Shown here piece by piece: positions 10,081 through 19,686 of a stretch of 64,000 bases of DNA; position 1 is the first letter of the stretch; each line of letters starts with the position of its first letter. The position numbers and the translations under genes were made by a program. The stretch comes from Thermotogaceae bacterium (lineage in GTDB: Bacteria > Thermotogota > Thermotogae > Thermotogales > Thermotogaceae). The notes beneath the pieces were generated by a model, which worked only from the letters and a program-made list of their open reading frames with translations, made no database searches and was not told where the DNA came from. The stretch spans positions 247,441 to 311,440 of the forward strand of contig JALWTT010000015.1 in NCBI GenBank assembly GCA_027077795.1, in the 5' to 3' direction.

Positions 10081-10712
10081 GTTATCTTCTCCATATCTTT
10101 GAGTATATCCTTTCCCACCCTGCTTATAAATGTGGGATTCCTGTCTATGAGATTTCTCATAGCTCTTAGGACGTATTCCTTAACCTCCTTTGAGAGTTCC
10201 TTGTCGAAATATGCCTTTTTAAGTATCTCAATGGATTTCGGGTGGTCTACGTATGAGAGCACCATTGCCACCAGATCCCCATAGCTGTCCCTGTAAGAGT
10301 CCTCAAGTAACATGTATTCTAGAACATCTAGAATTTTCTCACCTTCCCCTATCTTTGCGAGTGCTTCGTATACCACCAAGATTGCCTCTTCAACCGTATA
10401 CTTCGACAGAAGTGAGTAGAAAATATCTTTGGCTCTTTTTTCTCCCATATCTCCAAGAAGGTCAACGATGTACAATACAGTTACATCGTCCTCTTCTATT
10501 CCCTCTCTCCATCTTTTAAGGAGTTCCTGGTAGAGGGCTTCCCTTGCCGTATCTTGAAAGTGAAACAACGCTTCAGCAGCTATTTCTTTCACTTCCGGAT
10601 CTTCATCATAAAGCAACTTCACAAGAGTTGGTATTGCACTCTCACCTTTTTCCTCGACTATTCGCTTTATCAGATCTTCCCTTTCCTCGCTCAATCTGTT
10701 TCCTCCTTTCAA
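10071..10712 (-). CDS. HEAT-repeat (PBS-lyase-like) protein
   Basis: 213 aa alpha-helical repeats with the LLxDEDPEVKEIAAEAL pattern. Overlaps both neighbours (10 bp and 4 bp). Confidence 0.5.
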   Translation of the reverse strand: MKGGNRLSEEREDLIKRIVEEKGESAIPTLVKLLYDEDPEVKEIAAEALFHFQDTAREALYQELLKRWREGIEEDDVTVLYIVDLLGDMGEKRAKDIFYSLLSKYTVEEAILVVYEALAKIGEGEKILDVLEYMLLEDSYRDSYGDLVAMVLSYVDHPKSIEILKKAYFDKELSKEVKEYVLRAMRNLIDRNPTFISRVGKDILKDMEKITWS

Positions 10713-13237
10713 GACATTATCCTACCACTTTCCATCTTTATGACCTTTTCAAACCTCGATGCCAGGTCTTCAAAATGCGTTATAAATATAACCGTTTTTC
10801 CACCGTTTTCCAAATTGTTCAGCATCTCTACAATGTTTTCACGGTTCTCAGAGTCAAGAGCGGAAAAACCTTCATCTATGAAGAAGAGCTCCACCCCACC
10901 ACTCAGGGTTTCTGAGAGGCTTAATGCCATCACAAGAGCGACGATGGTTTTCTCACCACCGGACAACGATCTGTACTCAATAGGGTTCCCAAGGCTGTCC
11001 ACCACTCGCAATTCTTCTCTTCCATTTCTACTGAGTATCTCCAGGGAAAATTCCCCACTGGTTATATTTCTCAGTTTCAAAGAGGCATTTTCCACAACCT
11101 TGGGAATTAGCCTGTGAAACAGGTAATCATCAAACCTATCTGAACTCAAGGCCCTGTGCATTACCTCTATTACCTCCATATCTAAGCTTTCTTCCTTGAC
11201 CCTTTTTTCTATCTCTCTAAGCCTATTTAACTTCTCTGTTATTTCATTTCTCAAAGCTCTGATCTCCCCTATGCTTTCCCTGAGATGATCTCTCTCTCTT
11301 TCCAAATGGATTTTTTTCTCCTCGAGCTTTTTTCTCTCCATCACGTACTTTTCTATAATCTTGTCACTTAGGTTCCCAACAATGCTCTTTATCTCTTCAA
11401 TACGTGCTCCAAGCTCTCTAAGCCTGAGCCTCATCTCATTTCCGCGATATCTTCTGTAGTTTTCCACTTCCTCCAGCCTGATATCTGAGAATTCGCATAT
11501 TTCTCTCACACGCTTTTCAATGTCTAAACGTTGATTCTGAAGAACCTGAAGATTTTTCTCCTTCTCGAGAATAGAAGTTTTCACTTTCTCAAGCTCCCTT
11601 TCTAGAGATAAAGACTTTTCAGTCTCCATCTGTAATTTGTTTTCAAGCTCTCTTTCCCTCTGTCTGAGATTTTTGAGCAACTCTTCAAGTTTTTTTCTCT
11701 CCTCCTCTATTCCCTCTCTGTATCCAATTCTCTCGAGTTCATTTTTCATCCCATCCAGCTTGAGCTTCTTTTCTCCTATAAATTTGAGCAACTCCTTTTT
11801 TCTTTCCTCCCTAGACACTCTTTCTTTCTCCAAAACCCTCATGAGTTCTTCCAGCCTTCCCTTTTCCACTTTCAGACTTTCAAGTTTTTTGTCCATATCA
11901 CTCAGAACTTTCTCATCAAAACTCGTCTGACCAATCTCTCTTCCTTCAAAAATTCCACCACATACAGGGCAGATATCACCGACCTTGAGTTGTGATGCTA
12001 TTCTTCCGGCTAAAAATTCGATCTCTTTCTTCTTGATCTCCTCGATCTCTCTTTCCAGTTTGGAAATTGTCTCGATCATTCCCTTCAGCTTCGCAGATTT
12101 GTCCACCAACTCGGCTGTGTACATCTTTATTTCTCTCTCTACTCTCTCCAGCTCGAATTTCCTTCCTTTCAGCTCACCAGACAGGGATTCCATATCTATC
12201 AGAATTCCCCTTGATTTTCTCAGGATTTCAGAGATTCTGTTTAAATCCCCCTCGATAATTTCAACCCTGTGACCTGCGTCTTGCAAGTCTCTTTTGAGAT
12301 TTGTAATGGTGATCTTTAACTCCTTGGACTTCACAGATAAGGGTTCCATCTCGCTTTTGAATTTTTCGATCTCAGCTTTGAGTTCTTTCTGAGCTTCTTG
12401 AATTGCCCTGAGTTGGTCCAAAAGTGGGAAAACATCTTGAATTTTCTCAGCTTTTTCCTCCAATCTGGCTTTTTCTTCAATCTCTCTGAATTCCTTCTGA
12501 AGCTCTCTGAGCTGGTGCAGTTTTTCTCCAAGGCTTATCTGTCTTTTAAGCTCATCTACTCTCTCTGAAATCTCTTTGAGTTCACTTTCAATCTTCTTGA
12601 GTCTCCCTACCATCTTTTCCATTTCTGCTTCTAGCTCATCCAAACCTGGTTTGTCATCGAGAAACTGCATTATGGTTCTGTACTCAGCGCTGGCTTGGCT
12701 CATTTCAAGTTCCTTCCTCATGGTCCAAAGAGTGTTCACTATCGCCTTCTTTCTTTCCTCGAATCCTGTTACCCTCATTATCATGTTTCTCAGGTCTCCC
12801 ATTCTCTCCATTATGTCGGTGATTCTTCCCTGAGGGATCAAAAACACCGTTTGAAAAACTTCCGGATCCATTCCAAGTATATCGAGTATGAACCCATTTA
12901 CATCCTCAGATATGTGCTTTGGTTTTCCATCGACAATTTCATATATCTCTCCTCTAGATCTAGAACTGGTGATGACTCTGACAACTCTGTAAATTTTCCC
13001 CCATCTTTCAAAGATGAAGTCAACAGTTGCTCTACTACTTCCCCTCTTTATATAAGGCTTGACTCCTCTCTTTCCAAACCTTATACCCCTCCCGAAGAGT
13101 GCGAAGTGGATCGCCTCAAAGAAAGAGCTTTTCCCGCTCCCGTTTCTACCAACCATTACAAAGACTCCTGGCTCGAACCTGTAATTCACATCTTTTATAC
13201 CCAGGAAGTTCTTCACTTTTAGCTCAATAGGCCTCAT
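10709..13237 (-). CDS. sbcC: DNA double-strand break repair ATPase SbcC/Rad50
   Basis: N-terminal Walker A GRNGSGKSSFFEAI, long coiled coil, central zinc-hook CPVCG, C-terminal signature LSGGEK and D-loop FFIDEGF. 842 aa. Confidence 0.85.
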   Translation of the reverse strand: MRPIELKVKNFLGIKDVNYRFEPGVFVMVGRNGSGKSSFFEAIHFALFGRGIRFGKRGVKPYIKRGSSRATVDFIFERWGKIYRVVRVITSSRSRGEIYEIVDGKPKHISEDVNGFILDILGMDPEVFQTVFLIPQGRITDIMERMGDLRNMIMRVTGFEERKKAIVNTLWTMRKELEMSQASAEYRTIMQFLDDKPGLDELEAEMEKMVGRLKKIESELKEISERVDELKRQISLGEKLHQLRELQKEFREIEEKARLEEKAEKIQDVFPLLDQLRAIQEAQKELKAEIEKFKSEMEPLSVKSKELKITITNLKRDLQDAGHRVEIIEGDLNRISEILRKSRGILIDMESLSGELKGRKFELERVEREIKMYTAELVDKSAKLKGMIETISKLEREIEEIKKKEIEFLAGRIASQLKVGDICPVCGGIFEGREIGQTSFDEKVLSDMDKKLESLKVEKGRLEELMRVLEKERVSREERKKELLKFIGEKKLKLDGMKNELERIGYREGIEEERKKLEELLKNLRQRERELENKLQMETEKSLSLERELEKVKTSILEKEKNLQVLQNQRLDIEKRVREICEFSDIRLEEVENYRRYRGNEMRLRLRELGARIEEIKSIVGNLSDKIIEKYVMERKKLEEKKIHLERERDHLRESIGEIRALRNEITEKLNRLREIEKRVKEESLDMEVIEVMHRALSSDRFDDYLFHRLIPKVVENASLKLRNITSGEFSLEILSRNGREELRVVDSLGNPIEYRSLSGGEKTIVALVMALSLSETLSGGVELFFIDEGFSALDSENRENIVEMLNNLENGGKTVIFITHFEDLASRFEKVIKMESGRIMS

Positions 13238-13815
13238 ATGACCACCTCTTGAAAGGTTTTCAAAACGTCTCTTTCTACACTGGATGGAACCATACCCCTT
13301 ATGGGTTTACCTTCAAGGATCCTTTTTCTCACCATCGTTGACGATAGTCCTATTAGTGGAAGATCCATCACTATGAAACTTGGGAAACGCTCTTTGATCT
13401 CCGTCAGCTTGGATTCCTTGAGCCTTGGGTAGACGGCAAAAAAGGCCTTTTCCATGAGCTCTTCATATCTGTACCACTTGTCGAAATTCAAGGCGGAATC
13501 TTCCCCGATTAAGAAATAAGGTTTAGATCTGAACTCCTCCGAGAAGTGCTTGATCGTTTCTATTGAGTAAGATATCCCCCCTTTTTGTTTTTCGTAGTCG
13601 CTGACCTCTACTCCATTAACCCCGTCAAAAGCTTTTTTGAGCCATTCCATTCTCTTTTCGAACGGTACCAGTCTTCCTGGATCTCTGTGCGGGGGAATAA
13701 AGGTTGGAAGCATCAAGAGTTTATCCAAATCGAGATATTCCTTCGAGAGTATCGCTATTATCACGTGACCGTTGTGAACAGGATTGAAGGCTCCACCGAA
13801 AAGACCTATTCTCAC
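13234..13815 (-). CDS. nadD: nicotinate-nucleotide adenylyltransferase
   Basis: MRIGLFGGAFNPVHNGH (HxGH nucleotidyltransferase motif), 193 aa. Confidence 0.85.
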   Translation of the reverse strand: MRIGLFGGAFNPVHNGHVIIAILSKEYLDLDKLLMLPTFIPPHRDPGRLVPFEKRMEWLKKAFDGVNGVEVSDYEKQKGGISYSIETIKHFSEEFRSKPYFLIGEDSALNFDKWYRYEELMEKAFFAVYPRLKESKLTEIKERFPSFIVMDLPLIGLSSTMVRKRILEGKPIRGMVPSSVERDVLKTFQEVVI

Positions 13816-13824
13816 GCGATCACC

Positions 13825-15150
13825 TCACTCGATGAACTCAAACGCAAAATCTTCAATGTAAATCGTATCGCCAACTTTAACTCCCGCTTCCTTCAACTTG
13901 GAAGTTAAGCCGTTTCTCTCCAAGATATCTATTATCATGAGTCTCATGTCTTTTTCGCTTATGTCAAATCTCCTGAGCCAAACCTTTAAATTCTCCGATA
14001 TGACTGAGTATTCACCATCCCTTATCTTCTCCACATATATATCAAGCTTTTTTGGAAGCTCTCTCCAGATCGGGGCTGGTTTTTCGACCTTTGCATCTTC
14101 TGGACTCCTTTTACCGTAAAGAACCTTCCTAGAACTCCCTATTGTATTCCATATGACATTCTTGAGCCTGTCGAGCCCTTCACCAGTCACAGCGGAGACG
14201 AGGAGTATATCTCTTTTTGCCCTTTCCATGAACTCCTTTTTCCTGCCTTTTTGTTCGTCGAACGGCAACATGTCCACCTTGTTTCCGATGACTATCTCAG
14301 GTTTTTTTGCAAGGTCAGGGGAGTACTTCTCAAGCTCTTCTCTTATCTTGAAGTAATCTTCAACGGGATCTCTTCCCTCGATTCCCGAGATGTCTATTAC
14401 ATGGACTATTAGATGGCATCTCTCAACATGCCTTAGGAAGATGTTGCCAAGACCTCTTCCTTCTGAAGCTCCTTCGATGAGTCCCGGGATATCCGCTATT
14501 ACGAATTCTCTACCTGGGGAAACGCGGACAACTCCGAGATTCGGAGTCAGGGTTGTGAAATGATAGTTTGCTACCTTTGGACGAGCATTCGACAGCCTGG
14601 ATATCAAGGAGCTCTTTCCAACGTTGGGATACCCCACCATTCCCGCATCAGCGAGGAGTTTCAGCTCGAGAGTAATAGTTCGCTTCTCTCCTTTTTCTCC
14701 TCTTTCCGCTATCCTTGGTGCCCTCATTGTAGAGCTCTTGAAGTGAACGTTCCCTCTTCCCCCTTTTCCACCCCTCGCAACACAGGTGACCTTCCAAGGC
14801 TCGTTGAGATCTGCTATGATTTCACCAGTGTAGGCATCCTTCACTATCGTTCCAAGGGGAACATCTATGAAGAGATCTTTCCCATTTCTCCCATGCCTTT
14901 TTCTACTCTTTCCGTCCTTTCCGTTCTCCGCATAGTACTTGTCATCCTCAGCAAGGTGCATCAAAGATGAGAGCTGAGGGTTAGCCCTGAGGAAGACGAA
15001 ACCACCGTCTCCACCGTCTCCTCCATCGGGCCCTCCTTTTGGGGCATATTTCTCCTTTCTGAAGCTCACCGCACCGTTTCCACCGTCTCCACCTTTCACG
15101 GTTATCGTAACCATGTCTATGAAATCCATTTGCTCGCCGCTCAAAAACAT
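13825..15150 (-). CDS. obg: GTPase Obg
   Basis: Glycine-rich Obg fold GGDGGNGAVSFRKEKYAPKGGPDGGDGGDGG, G-domain GYPNVGKSS, DIPGLIEGA, NKVD. C-terminal extension. GGGAGG RBS. Confidence 0.9.
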   Translation of the reverse strand: MFLSGEQMDFIDMVTITVKGGDGGNGAVSFRKEKYAPKGGPDGGDGGDGGFVFLRANPQLSSLMHLAEDDKYYAENGKDGKSRKRHGRNGKDLFIDVPLGTIVKDAYTGEIIADLNEPWKVTCVARGGKGGRGNVHFKSSTMRAPRIAERGEKGEKRTITLELKLLADAGMVGYPNVGKSSLISRLSNARPKVANYHFTTLTPNLGVVRVSPGREFVIADIPGLIEGASEGRGLGNIFLRHVERCHLIVHVIDISGIEGRDPVEDYFKIREELEKYSPDLAKKPEIVIGNKVDMLPFDEQKGRKKEFMERAKRDILLVSAVTGEGLDRLKNVIWNTIGSSRKVLYGKRSPEDAKVEKPAPIWRELPKKLDIYVEKIRDGEYSVISENLKVWLRRFDISEKDMRLMIIDILERNGLTSKLKEAGVKVGDTIYIEDFAFEFIE

Positions 15151-15382
15151 CCCCCTCCCGGGAATTGAAGTATAGCATCTGTTAAAATGGGACCAACCTA
15201 ATTAATACTCAGAAAGACTGAATGTAAATGGGTTTTTCGAAGATGAAGCTACTTATATCTGAAGCTTTCAATGGAAGGTACCGAGAGAGCACGAATTTCA
15301 TGCAAATTTGGTGCACCTGATGATTCCGAGAAAATGTGAGGTTCTTCAGAAGTTGTCAAAGTCATGGCTGTTTAGTGAAAAA

Positions 15383-15403
15383 AGCTCGGGTAAAACCCGA
15401 GCT
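15383..15403 (-). terminator. rho-independent terminator immediately after rpsB
   Basis: Inverted repeat agctcggg/cccgagct with a taaaa loop. On the minus strand it is followed by TTTTTT, 3 nt after the rpsB stop. Confidence 0.6.
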
Positions 15404-15406
15404 TTA

Positions 15407-16174
15407 TCACGCTTCCTCCACAACTTCTTCTTCCTCTTTTTCTTCTTTCTCTTCCTCCGTTCCGTAGGGAATTCCTTCTCTCCCTTCAAGATACGCATCG
15501 GCTATCTTTGCGGTAATGAGCTTTATAGACTTTATCGCGTCATCGTTCGATGGTATCACGTAATCTATCTGGTCGGGGTCGGAGTTGGTATCCACCATGG
15601 CGACTATCGGAATACCGAGTTTGTTCGCCTCAGCAACTGCTATCTTTTCCTTTCTTGGGTCAACAACATAAAGTATATCGGGCATCCTATCCATTCTCAC
15701 AATCCTACCGTCATCGTAGAACTTTACAAGACCTCCTAGATTTTTCTTGAGTTTTTCGTAGATTCTCCTCAGCTTGCTCTGCTCCTTTTTTGGTATCCTG
15801 TCAAAATCTTCTTTCCCTTCCCCTTCTATTGAATCTCTTAACTCTATGAGTTTGTCAACTCTTTTGTTTATGGTCTTGAAATTTGTCAGGAGTCCCCCAA
15901 GCCATCTGTTGTTAACATAAAAAGCGCCACTCCTCTCAGCCTCTTCTCTTATGATACTCTGAGCCTGCTTCTTTGTCCCCACCATCAATATTATCGCTCC
16001 TTCAGAAGCCTTCCTCTTGACGAAATCGTACGCCTCGTCAAGAAGCTTAAGCGTTTTCTGAAGATCTATGATGTATATACCTTTCCTAGCTGCGTATATG
16101 TAGGGTCTCATCTTTGGGTTCCATCTTCTCGTTCTATGACCAAAATGTACTCCAGCTTCAAGGAGCTGTTTCAT
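15407..16174 (-). CDS. rpsB: 30S ribosomal protein S2
   Basis: [23 protein letters not shown]-terminus. Start refined to the ATG at 16172-16174 with a GGAGGTG RBS; the supplied ORF reads through antisense tRNA-Ser. Acidic [11 protein letters not shown] tail. Confidence 0.9.
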   Translation of the reverse strand: MKQLLEAGVHFGHRTRRWNPKMRPYIYAARKGIYIIDLQKTLKLLDEAYDFVKRKASEGAIILMVGTKKQAQSIIREEAERSGAFYVNNRWLGGLLTNFKTINKRVDKLIELRDSIEGEGKEDFDRIPKKEQSKLRRIYEKLKKNLGGLVKFYDDGRIVRMDRMPDILYVVDPRKEKIAVAEANKLGIPIVAMVDTNSDPDQIDYVIPSNDDAIKSIKLITAKIADAYLEGREGIPYGTEEEKEEKEEEEVVEEA

Positions 16175-16393
16175 AGTAACTACCGGCACAACACAACACC
16201 TCCGCTTTTGGTTTTTTCTTTCTCCTCCTTCTTCCTCCGCTACCGACCCTTCTAGGGCACCGAGGGCGGAGTCCAGAGGAGTGATTTTTTTCAGAGTGAT
16301 TGTATCAGAACACAAGTGAAACTTCAACGAGATCGAGTTATTATAAGATGCAATCTTTTCCTTTTGAAGGTTTATGCTAGAATATACCGCCGG

Positions 16394-16482
16394 GGAGGCG
16401 TAGCCTAATTGGCTAAGGCGTCGGCCTTGAAAGCCGATGGGGTGCAAGCCCCGTGTGGGTTCGAGTCCCACCGCCTCCGCCA
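16394..16482 (+). tRNA. tRNA-Ser (anticodon TGA), long variable arm
   Basis: Acceptor stem GGAGGCG/CGCCTCC. Anticodon stem TCGGC/GCCGA with loop CTTGAAA. Long variable arm TGGGGTGCAAGCCCCGTG. T-arm GTGGG-TTCGAGT-CCCAC. Encoded CCA. 89 nt. Confidence 0.85.
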
Positions 16483-16503
16483 TTCTATCTAGAAGGTGAT
16501 CAC

Positions 16504-17289
16504 ATGAAAAAGGTGATATTCCTTCTCATAGCTTGTTCTTCGATTGCAGTGTCAATGAATTTCAACCATGTGGCAGTTTTTTCGTATCCAGCCTTTGAAA
16601 AACTAACATTGGTTACTTCTTTCGGAAACGTGAGTGGATTGGGAATTGGTCTAAAAGACAAAGGATTTGAGGGAGGTCTTTCATGGCTCAACGGAGGATT
16701 TGCTTATGCAATTTTTAAGAGTTCTCGAAAGTTTTTGATTTTCTCCAGCGAAAGTTCATGGTTTATATCAGCAGGGGATTATTTTGAGAATTTCTCGTAT
16801 TCCTCCATCTCCATGCCAAAAACACCCGTTCTTGCCAGATTTGCCGTTAGAATGGCAGCTCTTCCAAAATGTCAAGAAGGAGATATCAAATGTAAAAGAG
16901 AAAGAGAGAGAATGAATGATATCTTGAACAGGATCTTCGATAGCTCCTTTCTGTACAGAAAAATTTCTTCTTTGAGGATGGGATACTCCATGGGGATCCT
17001 GAGGGTTTCAGGATTTCCCGGCATCGGATTTTTTAACGGTGACATAGGATGGTTGATCGGAACGGGAGATACCAATGGAAAAAATGGTTGGTTAGTTGGG
17101 GTTTCCTGGGGAAAAGGTATAAGGCTGGGTGCAGCTGTATCCGCAAAGTTTGGAATCTTCCAGTTCGATATGGGACTCGCCATAGGAAAAGATGAGATTT
17201 CCAAGATATTGAGTGTTCAAGTGGATTTGAAAGGTGGAAAGGCATTTGTACTACTTTCAGAGGATGGGATTGAATTTTACGTATTCTGA
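16504..17289 (+). CDS. hypothetical secreted Gly-rich beta-rich protein (possible outer-envelope protein)
   Basis: Signal-peptide-like N-terminus [17 protein letters not shown], Gly/aromatic-rich, ends in YVF (OMP-like C-terminal Phe). Confidence 0.45.
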   Translation: MKKVIFLLIACSSIAVSMNFNHVAVFSYPAFEKLTLVTSFGNVSGLGIGLKDKGFEGGLSWLNGGFAYAIFKSSRKFLIFSSESSWFISAGDYFENFSYSSISMPKTPVLARFAVRMAALPKCQEGDIKCKRERERMNDILNRIFDSSFLYRKISSLRMGYSMGILRVSGFPGIGFFNGDIGWLIGTGDTNGKNGWLVGVSWGKGIRLGAAVSAKFGIFQFDMGLAIGKDEISKILSVQVDLKGGKAFVLLSEDGIEFYVF

Positions 17290-18364
17290 CCTCTTTGTCT
17301 ATGTTCATGTTCCCTTCTGCGTGAGGAAATGCTTTTACTGTGATTTCATTTCCACAACGAACCTTTCGTTGATTGAGGATTATTTTTCCGCGCTTCTAAA
17401 GGATCTGGAGGATTTCAAGGATTTTCTCGAGAGCTTCACCGTGAGAACAGTTTATTTCGGTGGAGGAACCCCCTCACTTGTGAACGAGAAATTCTTGGAG
17501 AAAGTCCTCGAAAAGCTGTGGAGGTTCAAATTCAATCCCGTTGAAATAACCCTGGAAGTGAATCCGGAATCCGTTACTGGGGAGAAGCTTCGCCACTACA
17601 GAGAAATGGGGATTAACAGGATAAGCTTGGGAGTTCAAGCTGTGGATGACAGAGTTCTGATGCTGTCAGGAAGACCGCATGGGGTTTCAGAGATAAAAAG
17701 GGCAGCCGAGTACATAGCTAAGATGTTTGATAATTTCAACATGGATTTCATAGTGGGACTTCCAGGGTACAGTGAACAGGTTGTGGAGAGGAACTTGAAA
17801 CTCATAGATGAATTTTCACCGAGTCACGTATCCGTGTACACGTTGGAGCTTCACGAGAACACCCCACTCTACAAAATGTATCTATCCGGGAAGATAGATC
17901 TTCCAGAAAACACATTGAAGCTGTTTTTCTTGATGAAAGACGAGCTTGAAAAGCGAGACTTTGAAAGATATGAGATATCGAATTTTGCCAAACATCAGCA
18001 CTACTCTGTGCACAACCTGTCTTACTGGTACAGCATGAACTACCTGGGAGTAGGTGTGTCGGCGGGTGGATACTTGAACAGGTGGAGGTATGTGAAAACA
18101 CGAGATATACGAGAGTACATAAAGAATCCAAAGCTACTATCTTACACGAGGAAAAATTCAGAATGTGAGCACTCAAAAGAAGCTCTGTTCATGGGACTTA
18201 GACTTATTGGTGGAGTTGAAGGGAAAATAGTTCAAGAAATCATTCCGGAGGAGATATACAACCTCATTCATATGGAGAATGGGAGGATGGTCGCAAATGA
18301 TCCAGATAACCCCGAAATTTTTGAAAGAATCGCGAATTTCAATTGCTCATCTCTTAACAACTAG
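17264..18364 (+). CDS. hemW: radical SAM heme chaperone HemW / oxygen-independent coproporphyrinogen-III oxidase-like
   Basis: CxxxCxxC radical-SAM motif VHVPFCVRKCFYCDF plus a HemN C-terminal domain. Start refined to the ATG at 17264, overlapping the upstream gene by 26 bp. Confidence 0.75.
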   Translation: MGLNFTYSDLFVYVHVPFCVRKCFYCDFISTTNLSLIEDYFSALLKDLEDFKDFLESFTVRTVYFGGGTPSLVNEKFLEKVLEKLWRFKFNPVEITLEVNPESVTGEKLRHYREMGINRISLGVQAVDDRVLMLSGRPHGVSEIKRAAEYIAKMFDNFNMDFIVGLPGYSEQVVERNLKLIDEFSPSHVSVYTLELHENTPLYKMYLSGKIDLPENTLKLFFLMKDELEKRDFERYEISNFAKHQHYSVHNLSYWYSMNYLGVGVSAGGYLNRWRYVKTRDIREYIKNPKLLSYTRKNSECEHSKEALFMGLRLIGGVEGKIVQEIIPEEIYNLIHMENGRMVANDPDNPEIFERIANFNCSSLNN

Positions 18365-18970
18365 GGGTTCGTCATGAGTGAAAACGATCAGATCCACCTC
18401 CTGGGCTTTATCCACACAGAATTCGGATGATGCGCCCTCCCTGTACCCCTTGACCATCTCATAGTAATCCAGTTTTGTGAAGCATATGTCTCCAGGCAGG
18501 AAAACCTTCCCTAGATTCTCTGTCTCCACTATGAACGAGACATGCTCCCTGGCATGCCAAGGCGTGTGAAGTACCTCTATTTTTTCAAAAAGTTTTTCCC
18601 CTCCTCTGAGTTTTTTCACACTTTTCCAGGATTTCAAGGTATCCATGTATTCTTTTCCAACTATGTCTCCGAATTTCTCGTAATCTTTCTTCTCATAATT
18701 CTCATGAACGTATATTGTGGCATTTTCGAAATACCTGGTTGAATACGCATGATCTAGGTGAAAGTGTGTAAGAAGAACATCGGTTATATCGAGTCGTGTT
18801 AAGCCTTTTTCCATGAGCTTTTTCTCAAGAGCTTGATGAGTCACAAAACTTCCAGGGTCAACGAGGATCTTTTTGTCCTCGTGCTCCATATAGACGATCG
18901 TTGAATACGGTGCAACTACCACCCCTGGAACGTTGAGGTTCCCTCCCACTACGAATATCTCCAACCTCAT
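18347..18970 (-). CDS. MBL-fold metallo-hydrolase
   Basis: HxHxDH motif LLTHFHLDHAYS. 207 aa. Confidence 0.7.
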   Translation of the reverse strand: MRLEIFVVGGNLNVPGVVVAPYSTIVYMEHEDKKILVDPGSFVTHQALEKKLMEKGLTRLDITDVLLTHFHLDHAYSTRYFENATIYVHENYEKKDYEKFGDIVGKEYMDTLKSWKSVKKLRGGEKLFEKIEVLHTPWHAREHVSFIVETENLGKVFLPGDICFTKLDYYEMVKGYREGASSEFCVDKAQEVDLIVFTHDEPLVVKR

Positions 18971-19686
18971 GATACCACCTCAAAGTAAGTGAGGATGGCT
19001 ACGAAGGATAGGTAATAAGAAAACAGGTGGAATTTTCCAACGTTGACAATTCTTTTCACCAGGAAGAGGGCGAGGAGCCCGAAGAGTAATGAGGATATAA
19101 GACCCAGCGTTGCTTGGGCCCCAGCCCCCTCGATGTTCATTATCCCTCCAACTAAGGTTGCTGGGAGTGACAGCAGGAACGAGTAGTAAACTGCATCCTC
19201 TCCCTTGTATCCCAGTAGCAATGCTGCTGATATCGTCATTCCGCTCCTTGATATACCCGGAAAGAGGGCAAATGCTTGGGCAATGCCTATAAGGGTTGCA
19301 TCCAAGATGCTCACATCTTCCATTTTTTTCTCACCAGTTCTTATCGACGCAAACATCAGGAAAAGGGCTGTTACGGAAAATGCGAGAGGAAGTGTCTTTG
19401 GGTTGAACGATTTTTCCACAGAATCTTTGAAAATCATGTAAACTATCCCAGCTGGAATCGTGGAGATCACGAGCATGATTATCAGTAAGGGTTTTTTGAG
19501 AACGAATATAATTTTTTTGAAAGTGAATATAAAAACGGCGAAAAACGTTCCGAGGTGAAGAAACGCCACAAATGGCAAATCTCCTCTCAATCCAAAGAGG
19601 TAAGAAAAGAGCACCAAGTGGCCTGAACTGGATACTGGGAGGAACTCCGTTAGTCCTTGGACCATTCCCTGGACGAGTCCACCCAT
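18967..19686 (-). CDS. uppP: undecaprenyl-diphosphatase
   Basis: GLTEFLPVSSSGHL N-terminal motif and a PGISRSG-type second motif (ALFPGISRSGMTISAALLLG). Polytopic membrane protein. Confidence 0.85.
   Translation of the reverse strand: MGGLVQGMVQGLTEFLPVSSSGHLVLFSYLFGLRGDLPFVAFLHLGTFFAVFIFTFKKIIFVLKKPLLIIMLVISTIPAGIVYMIFKDSVEKSFNPKTLPLAFSVTALFLMFASIRTGEKKMEDVSILDATLIGIAQAFALFPGISRSGMTISAALLLGYKGEDAVYYSFLLSLPATLVGGIMNIEGAGAQATLGLISSLLFGLLALFLVKRIVNVGKFHLFSYYLSFVAILTYFEVVS

Noticed and set aside
16355-16383. Sigma-70-like promoter for tRNA-Ser (TAGAAT -10 box 10 nt upstream of the tRNA 5' end)
   Set aside because: The -10 element is good, but the -35 region (cttttc) is weak and Thermotogae promoter consensus is not well enough defined to call it with confidence.
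15407-16483. 358-aa ORF from the track annotated as one protein
   Set aside because: Its first 103 codons are an antisense read-through of tRNA-Ser and a G/E/R-rich leader with no S2 similarity. The real rpsB begins at 16174.
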